64,000 nt of DNA, taken from the NCBI GenBank assembly GCA_965207375.1, contig CBDBMG010000003.1:480001-544000 (forward strand). Direction: 5' to 3'. Each line of letters starts with the position of its first letter. Position 1 is the stretch's first letter. Shown piece after piece: positions 54,279 to 64,000 of the stretch. A model generated the notes under the pieces. The model saw only the letters and a program-made list of their open reading frames with translations. It was not told the DNA's origin and did no database searches. This stretch comes from Nitrosopumilaceae archaeon. GTDB taxonomy: Archaea > Thermoproteota > Nitrososphaeria > Nitrososphaerales > Nitrosopumilaceae. The position numbers and the translations under genes are program-made.

Positions 54279-54925
54279 TAGTGATGCACCGATGATCGGT
54301 TCAACCATCGGAATCGGTTTATCGGCTAGAGCTGTCAATACTACCCGGTATCGTGATACCAAGCAGTATCGATACTTCAAGCTTTGGTATCGTAGGTATC
54401 GATTATGCAACATATAACCAGACAGGTGATGATTTTGGGTCACATTTTCAACTGATTTGGATCAAACTTGTTGGATAAGATCTCTATTAATGTGATAAAA
54501 TTTGCAACTTCATATACTAAGTGTGAAAAGGCCAAATTTTATATGCACATTAGCCTGGTTATTTCATGTAGGCCATATCATGTGAAGTGTCTATACCTAA
54601 AGTGTATCGTGATACCCTGACTATGCTATCATGATACGCAAACTTGAGGTGGTATTGCACAGCTCTATTATCGGCCTTAAAATTATAGCATTGGTTCAGT
54701 TATTCTTTAGCAGATGTTTCAGATTTATTGATAACAGTATAAAATGAGATGGCATCATTATTTTAGTGATAAAATATTTGCTATTTCAGTCTTAAAAGGG
54801 ACATGGAATAATTATGGATGGTGCTCAAAAATGTTTAATAGTAATTTCATATTGTTAGCAGATTTGGAAGGTATGTTGATATCGGATCGGCTATCAGTAT
54901 TAGCCAATATATCGGTGCATCACTA
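54279..54925. mobile_element. hAT MITE containing a nested hAT MITE (54327-54667)
   Basis: Outer: TAGTGATGCACCGAT / ATCGGTGCATCACTA, TSD GTCTTAAC. Inner: TAGAGCTGT / ACAGCTCTA, TSD TTATCGGC. Confidence 0.92.
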
Positions 54926-55976
54926 GTCTTAACCATAAGAACTCAGATTATTTACCTTCTCAAACTGACCCGGCAGGCCGAAAATGTATAAATCACTTAA
55001 CAATCACATGGTAAAAATTGCTGTATGAATATTACAAAAAGCCCTCAGTTCTCCAGTTATGTAACTCTGTGTTTCTTGGCCACATTAGTAGGCAACTTAC
55101 AATAAGGTTTTTTGCCTTCGCTAGAACATAAACAAATTTGTGCTACAAAAGCATAACACTTTTTCAATTCTGTAACTTCGTCTTACACCAAGGCTCCATT
55201 ACCACCCAAACCACAAGAATAACAAACTGGCTCAAAGTTCACCAAAACTGCACTGTATGCATCACATGATTTTTGATCATGTGATTATATTTTATTGGAT
55301 ATTTGGAAAAAAGACCAACCGCATCCGTGAAACAGCATTCATTTGCTATGGCCTTACTATATTAACACCTCCCAAGTCCTAATGGGTTGTTCTTATGAGA
55401 GGCTAAATAACAGGAATGTTTACAATATTAATGGGCTAGCACTAATTTATACTCATCTCTAGTTGCTTGAAATTTGATTCATGGCGAGGTTTCCCATTCT
55501 GATCAGTATCATTTAAATCCTTACTGTATCATGTAGAGTTGGGCAGTAATGCCTGATAGTTATACTGGTGCTGTATGAAGGTCAATACTGGTTTTGTTAT
55601 TGTGAACAATGTGATAACAGGTATTACACTAATTATGTTTGTCTGTGGCCATGAAGCCATATCATAAGTAAACAGTGAGGTTAACATGTACACTTTTTGG
55701 TCTAGTTCCAGTCTACTTTTATTGAAGGTGTTAACATGTACTTATTACCACCATATACTGGGTAATTTTCAAATGAGAATTTTTGAAAATGGTTGATTGG
55801 AAAGTTTTTTTGGAAGTTTCCATATACACGTGTGCCATGGAAGGATTAGAGGACGTCGATGTCGCTTCTTATTTTACATTGGAATCAGCTGGCTACTATC
55901 CACGGATGCCATGTATAGCGGCGAAGCAACATTTGCACTACGGCATGCTTTATTGAAGATCATAAACATTAATTTA

Positions 55977-56509
55977 TAGGGCTGGAACAAAGCCTTCGAA
56001 TGTTTCGAAGGTTCAAACTTCGAATGGTAAAATATCCTTCAAAGCTTCGTAGCGTGCTCATAACACAGTAATAATTATGCAAGATTTACGAGTAATATTC
56101 TTTTCTTTATTGCGGCAGCCTACACTTCTTATGCAATCGATTCTCATGTGCCACGCCCACTTTTAGATCACAACAATTTGACCTTTTGGTGCGGCAGAAG
56201 CTTAAAATGCCTTATGGAGCGATTGTTATGGATGCAAAACATCAGTTTAACCTTTAGTTGGTTTTTAGCTACGTATGCATGATTGCTGTACAGACACACC
56301 CATTTTTGTGGTCGATTGATCGTGTCATCTTGAACTGCTGTTATAAGTTTACCAAATACTTGTAAACCTATCAAACAAGATTAGAAAGACGAAAAGCTTT
56401 AGCAGGATATGCATAGATATGAGAAAAAGCTGATACTTATTTTATACCTAAGCTTCAAACCTTCAGTGCAGTTTTCAAAGGGTAAATTTCAACCTTCGTT
56501 CCAGCCCTA
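55977..56509. mobile_element. hAT MITE nested in a CCATA/CCGTA-family MITE (~55751-56548)
   Basis: TAGGGCTGGAAC / GTTCCAGCCCTA with TSD TTAATTTA. Confidence 0.9.
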
Positions 56510-58374
56510 TTAATTTACTAATTCTTCAAAAATTACCCATTATACAGATACAGTATTATAGATCACTGTATATTAGCAGAAATTGTCATCTTCCGTAGGG
56601 TATGAATTCTGCACAATGTGATAAGCTTGAGATGGCCATGCAAGAGCAGGTATGTATGCTATTTCTGCTGTAGAGAATATTGCTAAAGTGAAGAATTTAC
56701 AGAACCAATTGGGGCATGCTATAAAAAGATGAATCACATTTAATTTTTCATGTTCAAGTTAAGCTACTTAATAGGTGTGCAAGACTTCCTAAAAATCACT
56801 ATTGTTTACATGGAGCTTCCATAAAATGCCCATCGCATTGTTTATGTGAATAGGTAGTTTTCATGAGTGTGCATGTAGGCAGTTTTACATTATAGTTTAT
56901 ATTATGTTGTGCATTTATCAGATTGTTCTGTGTAACATAGGATAAAAGATATGAAGAGTTATCAGGAGTAGTGTCATCACTCAAGTCAGCCATTAACAAT
57001 GTGCAGAAAGGATTAATTGTTATTTCGTCTAAATTGAGCAACGTATCAAGTGAAAGAAATGGACCAGAGTTAAATGGTATGCACAAAACTGCACTATAAT
57101 GTAGCTATTATGTTATCAATCAGAGTAGTGAATTGCTTACCTTCTTATCAGAGCTCAGTAGAGTGTTATTTTAATACGGTACTATATACAAACTATGTGT
57201 TTTATTTTTTGTTATTGATTGTGGCATAGCATCATAGCAACTTAGATGAGAGTAGGGTGGAGTGATAGCTATGCACTTAGAATTATTGATTCTTAATATC
57301 AATATTTACAAGCTGCATGCACATAAACATTTGAACATAAATAATAATTGGTTATGGTATAGCAGAAAACGAGGAGAAAACATTGGTAAATTTGGTGAAT
57401 TGATCTACAATCGACAACTTTTTTATTCCCTCAAAAATCCTAACCATTCAAATCCTACAGAAATGTGAGTTTTATCAATTAACAGAGCTAAATTCACCAA
57501 TGCTTTTTTCCCATCTACTTTTCTGCTCTACTGTACATATATATGCATGTGTAAGTACTAAATTGTGAAAACATAACATTTCCAATAAAAATACAGATTC
57601 TTTTATTTGTGTAGAACCTGTGCCCATGCCTATTTCTCCGACCTCCGATACTGGAATATCCCCATCATCTGAAAGTAGAGTGTCCCAGGCTTCTGGAGAT
57701 GAAGAGGGGATTTCTTCACAGGGAGCAGCTATACAACAGGAGGGAATCCCACCACAGATTCCAGAATTGTTAACACCAAGTGAACTAACACCGATATTTA
57801 TGAAAAGTTGCTCCCGCAAGAACATGAGTGTACACCTTACAAGACGGCTGTTTAGTGAAAAAGTGCGTATGACATCCAATGTCTCCGGTCGTAAGAAACG
57901 GCAATTAGATCCAAAAATAATAACCTACATCAAGTCGACTGCCTTTAGGTATTTTCCATCATCGCATAGCGACATCACCAAAGAGTGGGCAGAGTGCATT
58001 GTTGCTATTGACGAGAGCTGCAGGCGTCTAAACAACAAGCCAACAAAAAAGAAAGATTGAAACACTGGCTTGAGGACATGACCATGAACTGAATATGGAA
58101 ACTGGAACAATGATTATTATGAAACTGATCCATGTATTTGATTACTGATCACATATTTAAAAATCATTTTTAGGATTTTGTGCTTTTTCACATGTACTTT
58201 ACGACCATGGAACTAGAACAATGATTATGACACTTTGAATATACATTGGTCTTTTGTGTAAATTTCACATGTTCAATTGTTAGAAAGGAATCATACATAA
58301 AGGTAATAATCAATATATCAATATTCGTTGCAAAATAAGCTAACAGTCAATATTTATTGTAGTTACTTATCTAA

Positions 58375-61283
58375 TTAATACCCACTTGGTTCACCATGTA
58401 CCTCCACTACTCTTGGAATGACCTTATGCAAATGATTGATGTATTTTCTACACACAGCTGGTGTCAATGTTTGCCAAAAGTTTAAAATTCCTTCTTTTAG
58501 CTGCTCAAGATTCCTTGGCTTATGTGTGGTGCGCAAGTATTGCTTCAAGGAACCCCATAGATTTTCTATGCGGTTCAAATCAGGGCTTTCAGGGGGAGTC
58601 GGCCACCAATTAATGCCGTGCTCTACAAGGTAATTTTCTATGTAATTACTCCGGTGCTTTGGATCATTATCCATTTGGAATCTATGTCCAGATTCATCAG
58701 AAAAACGGTCAGCTATGAATGGAACTAGAGATGCATCCAAAATATCTGCATAGCGAACTGCGTCCATGATACCTGTAAACATTACAACAGGGGCTGCACC
58801 CCGTGGTGATATAGCACCCCAAATGTGTAACTTGAGGGGATGCTTTGGCCGTGGTTTCAGTTTCCTTGGCTGTTTTCGTTTCCTGAAGCACAAACGACCA
58901 TGGTGTTCGAGTTGAATGGTACATTCATCAGAAAAGACAACGTTTGAAAACTTCTCATTAACCCGAAGCTGTTCCCTGCACCACACCAGCCTTTTGGTCT
59001 TGTTCAAATTTCTAATTAGCTGGCAATAGTGTGGTCTGGTATTTACCCACCCTAGTTAGGGTCCGCAATGTGAAAAATCGACCTTCAAGGATTAACTAGC
59101 AAACATCCTCCCAATGTTAGGCTAGGTGCCAAATAGAAAAAGCCAGATTGGCGCCAATTTCTATTAACTTCTTGTAGTGGAAACTTGCCGAAATATCTGC
59201 AAATCGAGTGATAAAATGTAGCGAATTTTCCAAAACCGTTGCAATTGTCGCGATACTTGCTCTCAACCTTCATTAGTAAGTTTACCCTGCTCTCAAGCCA
59301 TTTGTGGTGGCATTGTGATGGTTAATTTCCAGCGATCGCACAATCCCGACGAAAAATTGCAATCTTTTTTTACATTTTCACTTCTGGATCACAAAGTATT
59401 GAAGACAACAAAACCTTACTAGCTCAAACATGATTGGTAACAGTTAAACTTTTACGACAGGCAATATTATTAAATTTGAAGATTGTTTGCCATCTGGGCA
59501 AACGCGATTCTACCAAAAATTCCACCAAAATCACTGATATCCAGCTTCTTAATCTCGATACAGCGGATCACTACCAATAAATGGGCCAAACAGCTCCACG
59601 AAATATAGTCACATGCATAGTTTATACGCCATATCCATCCATTGTCCTTCCAAGCAGGATTATATACGCGTGTGCGTAGCTACGTAATGTATAGCGCATC
59701 CCAAAATCAATTTAAAACAAATGCTATTTTAAGGAATGTCAGCGGATGTATACACTATACTTGAAGTGTTTTAGTCTTTACAATCAAAGCTTAAAGCGAT
59801 TTGCAATGTAGATTAGCGCTGTTCACAGTAGTCTGATAGGTCAAAATTATTTTAGCTACTCAGTACAATCAAAACATTGCACATACATAGAGACTAACCA
59901 TATTGATGAGACTTTTACTCGGACTTTTATAAGGACATAAAGTAATAACAATTATCATAAATAGATGTTACAAAAGTGAATAATAATACAAAACCACAAT
60001 CGAAATTTTCTGACGTTTACTAAACTTTGATTGTGATATTCATTTTATAGTAGTTAGCATAATCGTCTAAAACAGTTAAATATGTTGTTATATCAATAAA
60101 AGGGGATCATGTGTAAGTATAGTGTTATTATTTGTACTGATTTGGATAGTTTGAACTTTGAATCAGCACTAATTTTAAACTGATTTGGATTTCAGGACGT
60201 TTTAAATTTTGGTAAGCACCGAAACACTTATAGTACAGTGTATATATCCGCTTACAAGCCTTAAAATAGCAACTACTTTGTGTTTTTAACAAATTGATTT
60301 TGGATGCGCTACGCATATCGTACGCACTCGCGTAAACCTACTTGGAAGGACAGTGGGCGGATATGGTGTATAAACTATGCATGTAGCAATATTTTGTGGA
60401 GCTGTTTGACCCTTTTATTGGTAATGATCCACTGTATCGAGATTAAGGAGCTGGATAAGAGTGATTTTGGTGGAATTTTTAGTAGAATCGCGTTTGCCCA
60501 GATGGCAAACAATCTTCAAATTTAATAATATTGCCTGTCGTAAAAGTTTAACTGTTACCAATCATGTTTGAGCTAGTAAGGTTTTGTTGTCTTCAATACT
60601 TTGTGATCTAGAGGTGAAAATGTAAAAAAAGATTGCAATTTTTCGTCGGGATTGTGCGATCGCTGGAAATTAACCATCACAATGCCACCACAAATGGCTT
60701 GAGAGCAGGGTAAACTTACTAATGAAGGTTGAGAGCAAGTATCGCGACAATTGCAACGGTTTTGGAAAATTCGCTACGTTTTATCACTCGATTTGCAGAT
60801 ATTTCGGCAAGTTTCCACTACAAGAAGTTAATAGAAATTGGCGCCAATCTGGCTTTTTCTATTTGGCACCTAGCCTAACATTGGGAGGATGTTTGCTAGT
60901 TAATCCTTGAAGGTCGATTTTTCACATTGCGGACCCTACCCTAGTGCTTGGCGTTGGCGTTTAACAGTGGAAATAGTTACCTCCAGTTCTGGATACTTTT
61001 CAATCAACATCGCTTTCAAATGCCTTGCAGTAGCCTCATCATTCTCTTCTAATTCATTGTTAATCATTGTCAACATTTCTTGAGTGAGCTTCTTATCGCG
61101 TGCCCTTCGCGGTAAGTCAGTGTACACTCCCTTCTCTTTGAATTTCTTTAACAGACGATACAGGCTTCTCTTTGTAACTGTAACGTCTTCATCCTTCAGT
61201 TGCTGCTGTATAGCTGCCACGGTATACCCAGCATTAAACATGCTGACAGCGCTTCGTCTTGCACTCAAAGCTAGCCTTGTCAT
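58375..61283 (-). pseudogene. Tc1/IS630-family DD34E transposase interrupted by a foldback insertion
   Basis: N-terminal HTH region at 61283-60939. Catalytic VFSDE / FQMDNDPKH / SPDLNRIENLW, with 34 residues between D2 and E. Removing 59057-60938 plus one TSD copy gives a continuous 339-aa ORF (RQALG-WVNTRPHYCQLIR). Confidence 0.93.
59057..60938. mobile_element. Non-autonomous foldback element with ~650-bp TIRs
   Basis: TAGGGTCCGCAATGTGAAAAATCGACC.. / ..GGTCGATTTTTCACATTGCGGACCCTA. TSD CCCTAGT at 59050-59056 and 60939-60945. AT-rich core. Confidence 0.95.
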
Positions 61284-61954
61284 TGTTGCTCGGATTTACG
61301 CTAGAGTTCACTCGAGAGATCACTCGAGAGTTCTAGTTAAATTAGGGGGTGCGTAGCTATATATACGTAGTAGTCTGGCTTGTTAGATCAATTTTCCTTT
61401 ACATTGGGTCGACTTTGCCCGACCCGCCATAAAAAATGTAACAGAAAAACGGACCAGCAATGCCTCTCTAGTACGTACTTTTAGCTAGCTTGATCCTTAC
61501 TGATTCTACGTTAACACTTAAAAATCTCTTACTTTGCTACCTCCGTGGTACAACGGTGCTTAGCTCAGCTTAGCTAGACCTCTTTTCTTCCACAGCGCTT
61601 ATGAATTAGAAATTAAGTACGTATACCATAAGCGCCTGCTGCGAGTGTTTCCTTCGAGCATATTTCAAGGGTGCATCCTTCGAGCATATTTCTAGATGAT
61701 AAATGCTCGAGGTTCTAGTTCATAACGGATTGGACTCCCGAGCACACCACTCGAGAGTGCGACGTTGCGTTAAATCTGTACCGTACCAGAAAATAACAAT
61801 GTTTCTTCACTATCAATAATACTCTTTGTATAGTTAAAAGTTGATTCATCTGTCACACCATGAGAGAATGGTAACACTACTCTCATCATCCTCAAGTCCC
61901 ACTGTAATAGCTACAATTATTATCAAAGTGTAATATCTGGCTATCAATAATATA

Positions 61955-62145
61955 CCGTATTGCATAAAACTTTGACAGTGGAAAACTTTGACGAATTTAA
62001 CGAAAGGATAGCAATTCATCAAACTTTTTCCTACCAACCTTCTTTTAATGCATCTCCTTTGAAATCCACAATCAGTTCGTCAAAGTTTTGCTCGTCAAAT
62101 TTCAGTTGTCAAAGTTTTTCCCTATCAAGCTTTTGTGCCATACAG
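61955..62145. mobile_element. Tc1/mariner-type MITE (TA|CCGTA family)
   Basis: TACCGTATTGCATAAAACTTTGAC / ATCAAGCTTTTGTGCCATACAGTA, with AAAACTTTGAC repeats. Confidence 0.75.
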
Positions 62146-62794
62146 TAATATACGTATCTCATTCAAGATGCCCAAGGTGTAAAAAGCTGTGTCCAAGAAA
62201 AAGGCTTGGATGTAAAGGTTGTGAAATCAAAATGGGTGGATGAAGAAGGCCGTGTAGACTAATGTTAATACTGATAGAAATTAAATTTTAATAATCACAA
62301 TTCAGACTGAAAAACATTAAGTTATCAATTTGTGAAAATTATTACCAAGGGCCTTGGCTGCCCATTTTGATTTTACTACTTTTCATCCAATAATCACAAC
62401 CTTTGGTGTTTTAGTTAAATTGGTTGAGATTTCATGTCTTTTAAAACAGTGATTTTAATGTATAAACTACGTAGCTAAAAGTAATCGCACACAAATAAAC
62501 CTAAACATAGAAGAACTGTTGATATGATTATCCACAACTTTAGTATGTACCATACAATTTATAATATACAACTCACTTTTCCATTGGCTGAAGTAGATAT
62601 CAAATAGTTCTCATCACGTAACATCTTGAGGCAAGTGACAGAGTTACCAATCCTACCATAAATTTGAAGCTTAATAACAGGTGTACTGTCACTATCAATG
62701 TTCCTAATGTCCCATAGCAAAATCTCTCCACTTCTGGTCCCACAGGTAATGTAAGGTGTCTACAAGTGATAGCTATATGTGCATACATATTCGT

Positions 62795-62993
62795 ACTGTA
62801 TCATATACGTCAAAACAGTCGAGGGGAAAACTTTCACGGTTAGAGCAAAAATGAAAATTCGACGGGAAAACTTTCGCGGTAGAAGCTTCTTGTAATAATG
62901 AATGCCTAGTCTAGTGAAGTATTCGACGGGAAAACTTTCGCAATTGAGCAAAAACCACGAAAGTTTTCCCCTTGACTGTTTTGACGTATACGG
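62795..62993. mobile_element. Tc1/mariner-type MITE (TA|CCGTA family)
   Basis: ATACGTCAAAACAGTCGAGGGGAAAACTTTC / GAAAGTTTTCCCCTTGACTGTTTTGACGTATACGGTA. Confidence 0.8.
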
Positions 62994-64000
62994 TATATGT
63001 ATGTACATACGATGAGAAAAATTATGTATATTCCTACTAAAAACCATATGAATTAAGATAAAATTTGTGTTGATCTATCCTGATACCACACAATCTTTAT
63101 GTTTAATATACATAGCTATAGCTATATGTACAATAGTCTATCAGGGAGCTTCTATATGTGTGGTATAGCTATTAGAGATTTAGACAGAAGATAACAGGTT
63201 ATATAGTTCATACCATTGTTCCTAGTTGAGTAGACAGTACATGACTATTAGTGTATATGTGTTCTAAATATTGATCCACTTAAACATATACCTTTGTGAC
63301 CACCTACGTAGATAGGAGTGGTGCAGCAGTGTAATAATAAATACAATACTTTTAGCTACATAACTACAAGATTTCATTTATGATTATCATTAGTTTCTTG
63401 TGCCTGACTCTTAAAAATAGAGTCTGGGGAAACTGTAAAGAGTTGGGATGGTGTAATACATTAATTAATGACATTATTTGATATCAATAACACTCCAAAT
63501 GACAGAATGTATCATGAGTAAATTCAAATAGTTGCCTTAATTCTTTGTGGAGCGCCTTAATTCTTTGTGGAGCGCCATTACCAAGCTCAAAACCGTGAAG
63601 AAAAGTTTTTACTAAGGGGCTGAATTATTGAAAATTAAAACATCGTATTCCATGCAGAGACAAATTCGTTTATAGATTTAGCTACGTAGATGTTTTGCAG
63701 TTTCAATTTACATTCATTTCTTTATTGAAGCCTATAAAAGGGAGCCAAGTAATGAATGCCTGATCACGTCAAAACAAAACAAGGGATTTGATCGGCGACA
63801 CCAACATTCCAGTGGCACCAATTTTTTCTACACAGTTTTCCCAAACTCTTTTTTAAGAGAGACTAGAGTATTATATAATTATATGTAACATAGCTATAGC
63901 TAGCTATTTAAAAATAGCTCCTCTCAGTAACAACATTATTAATTTTATATACAGAGCACATATTTAATTTCTTTAGCAGCCCAAAATAGCAATTTTAGGG

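Larger units (their letters stand above)
48017..58060 (+). pseudogene. Multi-exon BEN-domain protein gene, disrupted by the Gypsy insertion
   Basis: Exon KAPSHAFIEYINEP|YTAVVPLRLL is split at the CCATA TSD (48017-48062 + 52701-52810). Further GT-AG exons at 52870-52965, 53018-53100, 53339-53784, 53835-53900, 56600-56649 and 56941-57076 (coiled-coil-like). The last exon, 57615-58060, encodes SCSRKNMSVHLTRRLFSEKVRMTSNVSG..QLDPKII..WAECIVAIDESCRR (BEN). Frameshift near 53380. The first exon was not found. Confidence 0.78.

Noticed and set aside
59085-60910. Two identical 62-aa ORFs on opposite strands
   Set aside because: Consequence of the foldback TIRs. No recognisable protein.
47524-61800. 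TIRs for the Tc1+BEN unit
   Set aside because: Searched by eye. Only weak matches were found (e.g. AAGGGTGCAT), so no TIR is claimed.

Overview
AT-rich, intron-containing eukaryotic DNA from an animal. A sponge-like invertebrate is a guess from repeat style only. The window is almost entirely mobile-element derived. 1-11 kb is a degraded tandem segmental duplication studded with MITEs. 13.5-41.1 kb holds an intron-containing IS3/IS481-type DDE transposase gene (one in-frame TGA), then a ~9.3 kb 48-bp minisatellite bracketed by diverged inverted repeats, then a decayed multi-exon HECT E3 ubiquitin ligase gene on the same strand. An internally deleted inverted copy of the transposase 5' region lies at ~47 kb. 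45.3-46.5 kb is a LINE RT fragment. 48.1-52.7 kb is an intact, very young Ty3/Gypsy LTR retrotransposon inserted in an exon of a BEN-domain gene. That gene lies tail-to-tail with a DD34E Tc1/IS630 transposase, which is split by a long-TIR foldback element. The best leads are two candidate two-gene DNA transposons: DDE transposase + HECT ligase, and Tc1 + BEN. Neither could be delimited by TIR/TSD by eye, so both remain inferences. No rRNA, tRNA or CRISPR array was recognised.
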